From Algoriphagus sp. (GTDB taxonomy: Bacteria; Bacteroidota; Bacteroidia; Cytophagales; Cyclobacteriaceae), in assembly GCF_024305035.1 (NCBI RefSeq), contig NZ_JAMWZB010000014.1, positions 22,057 to 86,056 on the forward strand: a stretch of 64,000 bases of DNA, given 5' to 3'. Under the pieces are notes generated by a model that made no database searches, had not been told where the DNA came from, and saw nothing but the letters and a program-made list of their open reading frames with translations. Of the stretch, positions 9,694 to 19,764 are shown piece after piece. Both the position numbers and the translations under genes were made by a program. The stretch's first letter is position 1, and every line of letters begins with the position of its first letter.

Positions 9694-10779
9694 CTAATCC
9701 ACATCGAAGGAAACATAGGGCTTCAAGCGTTCACTAAGGTAAGTACCGTAGCTGCCATCATCCTGACTGTAGATCAAAAAGACGTCAATTTCATCTAGTC
9801 GATTAGCTAATGCTATCGCCTCTTCAGTCCCCATCACCATCATCGCTGTAGCAAATGCATCTGCAGTCATGCAATCCTTTGCCAAAACTGTGGCGCTTAA
9901 TAAATTATGAGTAACAGGGTAACCGGTTTTTGGATTGATGGTATGAGAGATCTTGATCGAATCCCGCACATAAAAATTCCGATAATTACCCGAGGTAGCC
10001 ATGCCCCGGTTATCCAGCGCTATAATACTAAACAATTCCGAGGCGGTGGCTTCTTCTTCCGGGCGGTTTACCCCCACTTTCCACAGTTCTCCTTTATCAT
10101 TGACTCCTCGAGCGACCAGTTCACCACCGATTTCCACCAAAAGATTTTCTATGCCTTTTTCCAGTAAAAAATCTGCGATTACATCCACCCCCTGACCTTT
10201 GGCTATTGCCGAAAAATCTAAATAAAGCCCAGAAACTTCTTTCCTCACCTGATTTTGATCCCAATTGATTTGATCAAATCCCACTAGACGAACCAAGTCA
10301 TTTATCTCTACCGAGTCTTTTAATTGAGGCCCACCCGGTCCAAAACCCCAACTATTGACCAGTGGCCCTACTGTTGGATCAAATGCCCCCCCTGTCAACT
10401 CAAAAACCTTCTTTGAGCCCTCTAAAACCTGAGGAAGGTAAGGCAAATTAAAGTTTAAGGTATCCCCTGCATTGAAGCGACTCAACTCAGAATCTGGAAT
10501 GTAGGTGGAAAGGCTTTGGTTAAAAACAGCGAGTAGGGAGTCAATTTCGGTTTGAAAGTTTCTTCCCTCCTGGTCGAGATAGGTGATTTGATAACTCGTC
10601 CCCATGGTCTGCCCCGAAAAATTGATCTTAAGATCTAAGTTGACGTGTTCAGTTTCTGGGATTGCGGGTTCCTCCCGGTTTCTCCAAGAATAAACCAAAG
10701 CAACCATGGCCAGTAAAACCAAAGAATAAATAATATTTTTTCGTGCGTTAGACTGCATAGGAAATAAATTTTGGTCCAA
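9694..10779 (-). CDS. apbE: FAD:protein FMN transferase (ApbE)
   Basis: GQTMGTSY, GAFDPTVGPL, DFSAIAKG, EIGGE, ATSGNYR, ADAFATA; start may be ATG 10758. Confidence 0.93.
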   Translation of the reverse strand: MDQNLFPMQSNARKNIIYSLVLLAMVALVYSWRNREEPAIPETEHVNLDLKINFSGQTMGTSYQITYLDQEGRNFQTEIDSLLAVFNQSLSTYIPDSELSRFNAGDTLNFNLPYLPQVLEGSKKVFELTGGAFDPTVGPLVNSWGFGPGGPQLKDSVEINDLVRLVGFDQINWDQNQVRKEVSGLYLDFSAIAKGQGVDVIADFLLEKGIENLLVEIGGELVARGVNDKGELWKVGVNRPEEEATASELFSIIALDNRGMATSGNYRNFYVRDSIKISHTINPKTGYPVTHNLLSATVLAKDCMTADAFATAMMVMGTEEAIALANRLDEIDVFLIYSQDDGSYGTYLSERLKPYVSFDVD

Positions 10780-10855
10780 ATTTAAGCCTTATTTCTTCGG
10801 GATGTTACCGAATTCATGACTGATTTTAAGGCTCCTTTTAGCTCCCGTAATTTTC

Positions 10856-10863
10856 TATATTTG
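10856..10863 (+). promoter_or_regulatory. Bacteroidota sigma70 -7 box (TATATTTG) for ruvB
   Basis: Exact TAnnTTTG 20 bp upstream of ATG. Confidence 0.6.
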
Positions 10864-10882
10864 TAAGCGATTCAAAAATGCT

Positions 10883-11917
10883 ATGAGAGAAGACTATCTA
10901 AGTGGAGAAGATGAGAATTTGAGCCCAAAAGATCGGGAATTTGAAAAAGCACTGCGTCCGCTCAGTTTTGAGGATTTTACGGGTCAGGCTAAAATCGTTG
11001 AAAACCTTAGAGTCTTTGTGCTAGCGGCAAAAAACAGAAACGAACCCCTGGATCATGTACTCCTTCACGGACCTCCCGGCCTTGGAAAAACGACGCTTAG
11101 TCACATCATTGCCAATGAATTGCGGGCAGGAATCAAAATTACCTCGGGCCCTGTTCTCGACAAGCCTTCGGACCTAGCCGGACTTTTAACCAATCTGGAA
11201 GAAGGAGATGTGCTTTTCATCGACGAGATTCACCGTCTCAACCCGATTGTAGAGGAATACCTGTATTCGGCCATGGAGGATTTTCGCATTGACATCATGT
11301 TGGATTCCGGTCCAAATGCTCGATCGGTACAGATTTCCCTCAGCCCTTTTACCCTTATCGGAGCGACCACCCGATCTGGTCTGTTGACTTCTCCCCTCCG
11401 TGCCCGATTTGGCATCAATTCCCGATTGGAATATTACGATGCCAAGTTACTTACAGATATTGTCAGTCGATCGGCAGGAATTTTAGACACTCCCATCGAT
11501 GAAATTGCTGCCTACGAAATCGCGCGAAGAAGCAGGGGGACCCCTCGGATCGCAAATATGCTTCTCCGGAGAACTCGGGATTTTGCCGAAGTAAAGGGGA
11601 ACGGAACGATAAATCTGGAGATCGCCAAGATCGCGCTCAATGCCCTGGATGTAGATGAAAACGGATTGGACGAAATGGACAACCGCATTCTTTTGACCAT
11701 CATTGAAAAATTTAAAGGAGGACCTGTGGGCCTGGGAACCATCGCAACCGCCTGCGGAGAGGAGGCTGAAACGATCGAAGAAGTTTACGAACCCTTTTTA
11801 ATTCAAGAAGGCTACCTCAAACGCACTGCGCGGGGAAGAATGGCTACCGAAATGGCATATAAGCACCTTAAAATCAAGCCAAACCCCAGCAGCGGAAGTC
11901 TTTTCGAAGGAATTTAA
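10883..11917 (+). CDS. ruvB: Holliday junction branch migration helicase RuvB
   Basis: [37 protein letters not shown]. Confidence 0.98.
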   Translation: MREDYLSGEDENLSPKDREFEKALRPLSFEDFTGQAKIVENLRVFVLAAKNRNEPLDHVLLHGPPGLGKTTLSHIIANELRAGIKITSGPVLDKPSDLAGLLTNLEEGDVLFIDEIHRLNPIVEEYLYSAMEDFRIDIMLDSGPNARSVQISLSPFTLIGATTRSGLLTSPLRARFGINSRLEYYDAKLLTDIVSRSAGILDTPIDEIAAYEIARRSRGTPRIANMLLRRTRDFAEVKGNGTINLEIAKIALNALDVDENGLDEMDNRILLTIIEKFKGGPVGLGTIATACGEEAETIEEVYEPFLIQEGYLKRTARGRMATEMAYKHLKIKPNPSSGSLFEGI

Positions 11918-11949
11918 TCAGAAATTAGAATGGGGTTTAGTCCAAAAAT

Positions 11950-12453
11950 TTACCCCACTTTTAATCTCAATTCCCCTAGTCGCTTGACCACCCGTACCTC
12001 AAAAAACTGATTGATAAATGCTTTGCAGTTATTCTCTGACCATGCTGCACGAGATTCATTGTCAAAAAGTACAGTCATTCTCAGCATGGTTTTCACGTAA
12101 GGTTCGTGCTGCCCAAGCTTTTGAACATATTCCACCAAGGCCATGGACCAGTCTTCCTGAAATTTTTCACTATGTGACCGCCCGTCGAATAAAAATTCCA
12201 ACTGATTGTCTCCGTGCTTATAGCGGTAAATTCCACAGAGCTGCCGATAAATCAAGCGAACCCGATCCCGGGGAAAATCCATGGTATCCAAAATTCGTTC
12301 ATAGGTCGGATCCATCAGACGAAGTGGATTAAATAAAAAAGTGTAGGAACGCTTCAACTCAAAAACCATCCGATCAATTAGCTCCTCTTCTAGGACAGAT
12401 TGAGCCTGCCGAAGAATGTAATTTTTGTCTAGTGGGAAAAGCTTTTGGATCAT
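11950..12453 (-). CDS. Hypothetical protein (167 aa, soluble)
   Basis: Only long ORF filling the gap; protein-like composition; no recognised motif. Confidence 0.7.
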   Translation of the reverse strand: MIQKLFPLDKNYILRQAQSVLEEELIDRMVFELKRSYTFLFNPLRLMDPTYERILDTMDFPRDRVRLIYRQLCGIYRYKHGDNQLEFLFDGRSHSEKFQEDWSMALVEYVQKLGQHEPYVKTMLRMTVLFDNESRAAWSENNCKAFINQFFEVRVVKRLGELRLKVG

Positions 12454-12519
12454 CTCATTGAAATACGTTTACAAAAGTAAGGATTTTCATAAAAAAACGC
12501 AGTTTTAATGAATTCCTTC

Positions 12520-13083
12520 TTACCAATCCGCCGGTCTTCTTGCTTGATAGTCGGCCATTTTATCCAATAATTCAGCGGGATCATCCGATACTATGAGCAG
12601 TTCCTCCTGCTCAGGATAGAGAAACCCTTCGGTTTTGGCATGATTCAAAAAGCCCAATAGTTGGTTAAAATACCCATTCACATTATAAATGGCCAGCGGC
12701 TTTTGGATGTAATGGAGCTGATTGAGGGTCATGATTTCAAAGAGTTCTTCCAAAGTCCCGATTCCCCCCGGCATGGCAATAAATCCATCTCCACGCTCAG
12801 CCATCAGCCACTTACGATCCCGCATCGTCTCCACGATGATTAATTCAGTACAGCCATGATGTGCCACCTCTCGGTCTACGAGTTTTTGAGGAATGATACC
12901 CAAAACTTCTTTGCCTCCGGCGAGCATTTCATCAGCGATCACTCCCATCAAACCCACTCTACCAGCACCATAAACCAACTCCAAATCGCGTTTGATCATT
13001 TCTTGCGCCAAGGCTTTAGCTGAAGCTTCATAGTGGGCAGAAACTCCTTTTCTTGAACCGCAGTAAATCGTAATTTTTTTCAT
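12520..13083 (-). CDS. LOG-family (TIGR00730) nucleotide phosphoribohydrolase
   Basis: IYCGS, LVYGAG..GLMG, PGGIGTLEE motifs. Confidence 0.92.
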   Translation of the reverse strand: MKKITIYCGSRKGVSAHYEASAKALAQEMIKRDLELVYGAGRVGLMGVIADEMLAGGKEVLGIIPQKLVDREVAHHGCTELIIVETMRDRKWLMAERGDGFIAMPGGIGTLEELFEIMTLNQLHYIQKPLAIYNVNGYFNQLLGFLNHAKTEGFLYPEQEELLIVSDDPAELLDKMADYQARRPADW

Positions 13084-13306
13084 AGGCCTAGGCTTGATTT
13101 TTAAAGGTGACCCAAAATCCGGCAGGGCTGATCCCCATCGCCATGGGTGACTTGTTCGTCCTACTCGATTTCATCTTATTTGGGAGTTAAATTTACCCTC
13201 GAAGGTAAGTCAATTGATTTTTTCATCAAACACATTAAAGAAATCGAAAGGCTTGTTATACCTGGCCTTATTATCTGTAGAATGCTGTAAAAAGGGACAA
13301 AAATTG

Positions 13307-13314
13307 TAGCTTTG
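13307..13314 (+). promoter_or_regulatory. -7 box (TAGCTTTG) for pheS
   Basis: Exact TAnnTTTG 23 bp upstream of ATG 13337. Confidence 0.6.
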
Positions 13315-13336
13315 TGGCTTGTTTAAGAGTAATCGC

Positions 13337-14365
13337 ATGTATCAGGATAAAATCGAAGCCATCAAAGCCGCTATTGCTGCTGCCCAAGCCAACAACCCAG
13401 AAGAACTGGAGGCTTACCGTATGGAATATATTTCCAAAAAAAGCGTGGTTGGGGCACTTTTTGCCGACATGGGAAAAATCCCAAATGAAGAGAAGCGTGC
13501 TTACGGACAGAGGGTCAATGAGGTCAAACAACTCGCTGAGGAGAAATTCCAAGAGCTGATCGATCAGGTGAATAAGGCTTCCAAAAAAGCGAAATCGGCC
13601 TCCATCGATCTTACGTTACCACCCTCCAATCATACGATCGGCGGAATCCATCCACTCACAGCTACGCGACAGCGGATCATTGATGTATTTGAACGGATCG
13701 GCTTTAACCTTTCCGAAGGTCCCGAAATCGAGGATGATTGGCATAATTTCACGGCCTTAAATTTTCCAGAAAATCATCCGGCCCGTGAGATGCAGGATAC
13801 CTTTTTCATCGAAAAAAACCCGGATATCGCCCTTCGCACCCACACCTCCTCGGTTCAGGTGCGTGTGATGGAAAATCAAAAGCCCCCAATCCGTACACTT
13901 TCCCCGGGGAGAGTATATCGGAATGAAGCCATTTCTGCTCGGGCACATTGTATATTTCATCAAGTAGAGGGCCTTTACGTGGATGAAAATGTAGGCTTTG
14001 CTGATTTGAAAAATACGCTTTACCATTTTGCCAAAGAAATGTTTGGTAAGGAAACTAAGGTACGATTCCGACCTTCTTTTTTCCCTTTCACTGAACCCAG
14101 TGCAGAAATTGATATCTCGTGTTTACTTTGCGATGGCAAGGGCTGTAATGTCTGCAAAGGAACCGGTTGGGTGGAGATCGGAGGATCTGGAATGGTCGAT
14201 CCCAATGTCTTGGAAAACTGTGGAATCGACTCAAAAAAATATACCGGGTTTGCATTCGGAATGGGGATAGAGCGAATAGCTATGCTCAAGTATCAAATCA
14301 AGGATTTACGGCTTTTCACCGAAAACGATGTTCGCTTTTTGCGCCAATTTAGATCGTTGATTTAA
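13337..14365 (+). CDS. pheS: Phenylalanine--tRNA ligase alpha subunit
   Basis: HPAREMQDTF, LRTHTS, FRPSFFPFTEPS, GFAFGMGIER; ATG 13337. Confidence 0.98.
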   Translation: MYQDKIEAIKAAIAAAQANNPEELEAYRMEYISKKSVVGALFADMGKIPNEEKRAYGQRVNEVKQLAEEKFQELIDQVNKASKKAKSASIDLTLPPSNHTIGGIHPLTATRQRIIDVFERIGFNLSEGPEIEDDWHNFTALNFPENHPAREMQDTFFIEKNPDIALRTHTSSVQVRVMENQKPPIRTLSPGRVYRNEAISARAHCIFHQVEGLYVDENVGFADLKNTLYHFAKEMFGKETKVRFRPSFFPFTEPSAEIDISCLLCDGKGCNVCKGTGWVEIGGSGMVDPNVLENCGIDSKKYTGFAFGMGIERIAMLKYQIKDLRLFTENDVRFLRQFRSLI

Positions 14366-14385
14366 ATTCTAGGTTGAAAATAATG

Positions 14386-14417
14386 AAAAGAAGCTTTCTA
14401 AGGAGAGCTTCTTTTTT
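14386..14417. terminator. Bidirectional intrinsic terminator between pheS and radA
   Basis: AAAAGAAGCT...AGCTTCTTTT inverted repeat between convergent genes. Confidence 0.8.
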
Positions 14418-14419
14418 AA

Positions 14420-15793
14420 TCAAAAAATCTTCGAATAAACCTCTTCCAGCTTACTCACAGCCAAAATCTCAATTTGAAACTTCTTTAAATCCAAGCCCTT
14501 CACCGCATACTTGGAAACTACTATTTTTTTGAAACCTAATTTCTCAGCTTCAGCAATCCGGTTTTCGATTCGGGATACGGCTCGGATTTCTCCTCCAAGT
14601 CCAACTTCCCCAGAAAAACAAATTTGCTCGGAAACCGGGGTATCCTCATAGCTGGAAATCAAGCTCGCACAAACCGCTAAATCCAATCCGGGATCATCCA
14701 CTCGAAGCCCTCCGGCCACATTTAAAAAAACATCCTGATTCCCCAAACGCATGCCTCCCCGCTTCTCCAAAACTGCCAAAAGCATATTCAGCCGCTTGGC
14801 ATCATGACCCGTGCTACTTCGCTGCGGAGTTCCATAAGTTGCTGGACTGACCAAAGACTGAATTTCGATCAGCAAGGGTCGGTTGCCCTCCATCATTGCA
14901 CCGATAGCAACCCCATTGAGGACTTCTTCCCGCTGGGTGAGCAGAATTTCTGAAGGATTAGCCACCGATCGAAGTCCCTCAGCGCGCATCTCATAGATTC
15001 CCAATTCATGCGTGGAACCAAAGCGGTTTTTTGACGTACGTAAAATTCGATAGGTCAAATGTCGGTCTCCCTCAAATTGCAGGACCGTGTCCACCATGTG
15101 TTCGAGCACTTTTGGACCGGCGATTGAACCATCTTTGGTGATGTGTCCGATCAAAAACACGGGGGTACCCGTTTCTTTGGCAAATTTCATCAACTCCGCG
15201 GTACATTCCCGAACTTGAGACACTGATCCTGCTGCTGACTCCACATATTGACTGCTCAATGTTTGAATGGAATCGATCACCAAAAAATCAGGCTTCAAAA
15301 TTTCCACCTGCTGAAAGATCTGTTGGGTATTGGTTTCTGAAAGCACATAGCAATCGGGATTTTTTGCACTCATGCGATCGGCCCGCATTTTTATCTGTGA
15401 TTCAGACTCCTCCCCTGAGACATAAAGTACTGTTCTGCCCGACAAAGTCAACGCAATTTGAAGCATCAAGGTAGATTTTCCGATCCCAGGTTCTCCCCCT
15501 ATTAAAACCAAAGACCCCGGAACGATTCCCCCACCAAGAACCCGGTCAAGTTCCGGGTCCCCGGTAATCCATCGTGGCTGTTCTTGGTAAGTAACGTCCG
15601 TAATTTTTTTGGGGCTCGTGCTTTTTTTATGAGCACCTCCACTGGGCTTCCAGCTTCCTTTTCCACTTTCTTCTTTTTGGATGAGTTCTTCCACATAGGT
15701 GTTCCATTGTCCGCAAGCAGGACATTTACCCAACCATTTTGGACTTTGGGCTCCGCAGTTTTGACAGAAGAAGGAAGTTTTTACTTTAGCCAA
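14420..15793 (-). CDS. radA: DNA repair protein RadA/Sms
   Basis: C4 zinc finger CQNCG...CPACG, GGEPGIGKST, KNRFG; TTG start. Confidence 0.97.
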   Translation of the reverse strand: MAKVKTSFFCQNCGAQSPKWLGKCPACGQWNTYVEELIQKEESGKGSWKPSGGAHKKSTSPKKITDVTYQEQPRWITGDPELDRVLGGGIVPGSLVLIGGEPGIGKSTLMLQIALTLSGRTVLYVSGEESESQIKMRADRMSAKNPDCYVLSETNTQQIFQQVEILKPDFLVIDSIQTLSSQYVESAAGSVSQVRECTAELMKFAKETGTPVFLIGHITKDGSIAGPKVLEHMVDTVLQFEGDRHLTYRILRTSKNRFGSTHELGIYEMRAEGLRSVANPSEILLTQREEVLNGVAIGAMMEGNRPLLIEIQSLVSPATYGTPQRSSTGHDAKRLNMLLAVLEKRGGMRLGNQDVFLNVAGGLRVDDPGLDLAVCASLISSYEDTPVSEQICFSGEVGLGGEIRAVSRIENRIAEAEKLGFKKIVVSKYAVKGLDLKKFQIEILAVSKLEEVYSKIF

Positions 15794-15888
15794 CTGATTT
15801 GAAGTTTTTTAGGATTTACAGGGCTTAGGAATGTGCTCCCAGTAAACCCCTTGTCTCGATTTTTATTTTTTACGCTTCACTTCTTGCG

Positions 15889-18714
15889 TTAGTGTGCTTG
15901 GAGCCAATCGTTTCCGATGCCTACCTCCACTTCGATGGGTACAGCAATATCAATAGCCTCGGACATAAGTTTGGGCACCTCTTTTTTCAAGAGCTCGACT
16001 TCATCCTGATGTGCATCAAAGACCAATTCATCATGTACCTGCAGGATCATTTTTGATTTGAGGTTTTCTTTCTTTATCCACTCATGAACCCGAATCATGG
16101 CAACTTTGATCAGGTCAGCCGCAGAACCCTGAATCGGAGCATTAATGGCATTTCGCTCAGCAAAACCACGCATGGTTTGATTACGACTATTGATGTCTCG
16201 GAGGTAGCGGCGACGGCCAAGAATGGTTTCCACGTATTCCTCGGTCCTCGCTTTTTCGATTACCCCATCCATATATGCTTTGACCGCCGGAAATTCCTTG
16301 AAATAGGCATCAATAATTTCTTTGGCTTCTCCTCTAGGAATGGAAAGTCGCTGGGAAAGTCCGAAAGCGGAAATCCCATAAATAATCCCAAAATTGGCGG
16401 TTTTTGCTTTCCGACGCATATCCGAACTCACCTCCTCCAACGGAACTTGAAATATCTTCGCCGCAGTCGTGGCATGAATATCTCGCCCATTTTTAAAAGC
16501 TTCAATCATGGATTCATCCTTGGAAAATGCCGCCATAATCCGTAATTCGATCTGAGAATAATCTGCTGCCAAAAGCACATGATTTTCATCTCGGGGCACA
16601 AAGGCCTTTCGGATCTCCCGTCCCCGATCAGTTCGGATGGGAATATTTTGCAGATTGGGATTCACCGATGACAAGCGCCCTGTGGCCGCCACAAATTGAT
16701 TGTATGTGGTATGAATGCGTCCGGTTTTGGAGTTAATCAAATTGGGAAGTGCATCCACATAGGTGGATTTGAGTTTGACCATCTGTCGGTATTCAAGAAT
16801 CGCTCGGGCGATCTCGTGTTCGGTGGCCAGTTTACTGAGAATTTCTTCCCCTGTCGCATATTGACCGGTTTTTGTCTTTTTGGCTTTCGGATCCAGTTGA
16901 AGTTTTTCAAAAAGCACCTCACCAAGCTGCTTTGGAGAGGCGAGATTAAAGCGCACACCCGCTAATTCATAGACCCGCTTTTCGATTTCCAGACTTTCAG
17001 ATTCCAGTGATTTACTGAGTTCAGCTAAGCTTTCAATATCGATTCGCACTCCTTCAAACTCCATTGCGGTCAAGACCGGAATCAGTGGGTTTTCCACTTC
17101 GTAAAAGAGCTTTTCCAATTCGTTTTCCTTGAGCATGGGATCAAACTTCTCTTTCAAACGAAGCGTAATATCCGCATCCTCGGCGGCATAAGCGGTCACG
17201 ATGTCTTCCTCCACATCCCGCATATTGCCTTGATTTTTTCCTTTTTTTCCGATCAACTCCGTGATGGAGACCGGCTTGTAGTTCAGGTATTGCTCAGCCA
17301 ATACATCCATGGAATGCTTACCCTCTGGTTCTATGAGGTAATGAGCCAACATCGTGTCGTAAAGCGCCCCTTTCACCTCAATTCCGTAATTTTTAAGAAT
17401 CAAAAGATCATATTTGATGTTTTGCCCAACCTTGAGAATTGCTTCACTTTCAAAAAAGGGCCGCAATTGATCCAAGATTTTTTGAGTTTCACCCTGATCA
17501 GAAGGACAGGGAATGTAGTAGGCTTCACCTGGTAGATAAGCAAATGAAAGCCCTACGATTTCAGCATCCATGGCATTTAAAGAGGTCGTCTCCGTGTCAA
17601 AGCAGACTGCTTTCTGAACCTTAAGGAAATCCAAAAGCTCTTCGATCGCATCCTCTCCCTTGATTTTATGATACTGATGCACATGACTGTGAATGGTCTC
17701 CGGGACCACCGGAGCGGCTGTTTCTACACTTTCTTCCTCAAATTGAGGCGGAGTAGTGGACTGAGTAGAAGCAGCAGCTTCCCCAAATAGCCCTAGCTGT
17801 TCATTTTTCTGAATAACAGCCTTTTTCCCTTCATCTTTAAAAATTCGATTACTTAGCGTTCTAAACTCCAACTCCGTAAAAATCGCCCGCAATTTTTCTT
17901 CATCAAACCCGTCGTATCGGAGCTCCTCTTCTATAAAATCAACGGGCACATCAATTTTGATTGTCGCAAGTTCTTTGGAGAGAATTCCTTGCTCTGCAAA
18001 ATTTTCCACATTTTCTTTTTGCTTGCCTTTTAGCTGATCGGTGTTTTTGATGAGCTCTTCTACGGTACCAAACTGCTTGAGTAATTTGGTAGCCGTCTTG
18101 GCTCCTATACCGGGAATTCCGGGAATATTATCCACGGCATCCCCCATTAATCCCAGGATATCCCGAACCTGGTCCACTTGCTCAATATCCCATTTAGCAC
18201 AGACTTCCTTTGGCCCCATGATATCCACTGCATTCCCCATAAAAGCCGGTTTGTATAAGAAAATATGATCATCGACCAGCTGCCCGTAATCCTTGTCTGG
18301 AGTCATCATATAGACGGTAAAGGATTCACGCTCGGCTTTTTTTGCAATCGTACCAATAATATCGTCTGCCTCAAAACCATCCAGTTCCAAAAGCGGAATA
18401 TTAAACGCTTTGACAATTTCCTTCACCCAAGGAATGGAAACGGTGATATCCTCAGGCTGTTCCAATCGGTTCGCTTTGTAAGCTTCAAACTGTACATGGC
18501 GAAAGGTGGGGGCAGAGGTATCGAATGCCACCGCGATATGGGAAGGCTTCTCTTTAGTCAAAACTTCCATCAGTGTATTGGTGAACCCGAGCATCACACC
18601 GGTATTAAGACCTTTGGAATTGATGCGTGGATTTTTACTGAAAGCAAAGTGCGCTCTGTAAATCAGAGCCATGGCATCGAGCAGGAAAAGTTTATGGGCT
18701 TGTTTTTGTGTCAT
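15889..18714 (-). CDS. polA: DNA polymerase I
   Basis: 5'-3' exo (LLDAMALIYRA, EADD), intact 3'-5' exo (FDTETT), pol motifs DYSQIELR, KTANFGIIYG, QVHDEL. Confidence 0.98.
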   Translation of the reverse strand: MTQKQAHKLFLLDAMALIYRAHFAFSKNPRINSKGLNTGVMLGFTNTLMEVLTKEKPSHIAVAFDTSAPTFRHVQFEAYKANRLEQPEDITVSIPWVKEIVKAFNIPLLELDGFEADDIIGTIAKKAERESFTVYMMTPDKDYGQLVDDHIFLYKPAFMGNAVDIMGPKEVCAKWDIEQVDQVRDILGLMGDAVDNIPGIPGIGAKTATKLLKQFGTVEELIKNTDQLKGKQKENVENFAEQGILSKELATIKIDVPVDFIEEELRYDGFDEEKLRAIFTELEFRTLSNRIFKDEGKKAVIQKNEQLGLFGEAAASTQSTTPPQFEEESVETAAPVVPETIHSHVHQYHKIKGEDAIEELLDFLKVQKAVCFDTETTSLNAMDAEIVGLSFAYLPGEAYYIPCPSDQGETQKILDQLRPFFESEAILKVGQNIKYDLLILKNYGIEVKGALYDTMLAHYLIEPEGKHSMDVLAEQYLNYKPVSITELIGKKGKNQGNMRDVEEDIVTAYAAEDADITLRLKEKFDPMLKENELEKLFYEVENPLIPVLTAMEFEGVRIDIESLAELSKSLESESLEIEKRVYELAGVRFNLASPKQLGEVLFEKLQLDPKAKKTKTGQYATGEEILSKLATEHEIARAILEYRQMVKLKSTYVDALPNLINSKTGRIHTTYNQFVAATGRLSSVNPNLQNIPIRTDRGREIRKAFVPRDENHVLLAADYSQIELRIMAAFSKDESMIEAFKNGRDIHATTAAKIFQVPLEEVSSDMRRKAKTANFGIIYGISAFGLSQRLSIPRGEAKEIIDAYFKEFPAVKAYMDGVIEKARTEEYVETILGRRRYLRDINSRNQTMRGFAERNAINAPIQGSAADLIKVAMIRVHEWIKKENLKSKMILQVHDELVFDAHQDEVELLKKEVPKLMSEAIDIAVPIEVEVGIGNDWLQAH

Positions 18715-18861
18715 TATCAAAAGATTTTCCTAGTTTAAGTGGTCAAATCAAGGTGTCTAAGTTACAAAAAATACCTGTCTAGACTCTGAAATTTTCTTTT
18801 GATGGGGGCTTTTGGCTTCTTATTTGACAGTAACGAATTTAACAACCAAAATCACAGATCA

Positions 18862-19173
18862 ATGAAAAAACTGTTTGTAATTGCCTGTCTGTTCCTTTCT
18901 GCCCAGTTTTTAGTGGCCGCACCGGTTGACTCGGGAAAGGATACCAAAAAAGAGGAGCTCACTCCTGAGCAAATCGAAACCCTGGAGCGTATAGAAAATC
19001 GAGTGGAAGAAATCAAGGAAATGGATTTTTCGGAAATGTCCCGAGAAGAAAAGAAGGAAATTAGAGCCGAGCTGAAAACCCTGAGAACTGAGGCCAAAGC
19101 TAACGGTAACGGAGGAATCTATATTTCTACAGGAGCGATCATCATCATTTTGTTGTTGATCATCATTTTGTAA
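18862..19173 (+). CDS. Small exported protein with C-terminal hydrophobic tail (103 aa)
   Basis: ATG 18862, signal peptide MKKLFVIACLFLSAQFLVA, charged helical core, C-terminus GGIYISTGAIIIILLLIIIL; followed by a terminator. Confidence 0.75.
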   Translation: MKKLFVIACLFLSAQFLVAAPVDSGKDTKKEELTPEQIETLERIENRVEEIKEMDFSEMSREEKKEIRAELKTLRTEAKANGNGGIYISTGAIIIILLLIIIL

Positions 19174-19189
19174 TCTGACTTTCTCTCTA

Positions 19190-19225
19190 AATAAAAGCAA
19201 GTCTGAAATAAGACTTGCTTTTATT
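19190..19225. terminator. Bidirectional terminator
   Basis: Perfect 15-bp stem AATAAAAGCAAGTCT / AGACTTGCTTTTATT with 6-nt loop. Confidence 0.88.
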
Positions 19226-19243
19226 ATTGTTTATCGGATTGAA

Positions 19244-19690
19244 TTAATTTTCAACGACTTCATTTTTTTCCAGATAATCCTTCACTTGAAGCCCTCTCAA
19301 AAACACCAAAATTAAGGGAATCAACCAAGCCATTTCGTTGAAAATCAGATGAAAACCAGTTCGCTTATTCCAACCCAAATCAGGCAAAAAGCCTAAGCCA
19401 AACCAACTGGCTAAAATGATTTTTCCGGCCACTCCACCAATAATCAGGTAAACCCAAGAAACTGGGTAAAATGCTGAAACAAAAATCGCAAACCCGACAA
19501 TAAGTCCCAAATTACCATACCATTGTGCTGGAAGCTCCAGCCCCAATCCCGTATCCATCGCCAACCAACTCAGCAGCGCCTGGCCGAACCAGCGAAAAAA
19601 TGCTGACCAAGCGATCGTATACATGCCTGCCAAAAGAAGCAGACCTCTAAAATGCATGGGGAAAATGGGAAAGTTTGGTTTTTGATCCAT
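19244..19690 (-). CDS. Hypothetical 4-TM membrane protein
   Basis: Four hydrophobic segments; AGMY, GK and NE..W pattern. Confidence 0.7.
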   Translation of the reverse strand: MDQKPNFPIFPMHFRGLLLLAGMYTIAWSAFFRWFGQALLSWLAMDTGLGLELPAQWYGNLGLIVGFAIFVSAFYPVSWVYLIIGGVAGKIILASWFGLGFLPDLGWNKRTGFHLIFNEMAWLIPLILVFLRGLQVKDYLEKNEVVEN

Positions 19691-19764
19691 GGACGGTTTG
19701 ATTTTATTGCACTAAATAAACACCTTCGGTGCTTGCATGTTTCTGCATAATACAAAACTATACT

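Noticed and set aside
13191-13336. T-box upstream of pheS
   Set aside because: Leader is short (promoter 23 bp from ATG) and has no T-box sequence.
16084-18738. Several antisense ORFs up to 157 aa inside polA
   Set aside because: Shadow frames of a highly conserved gene.
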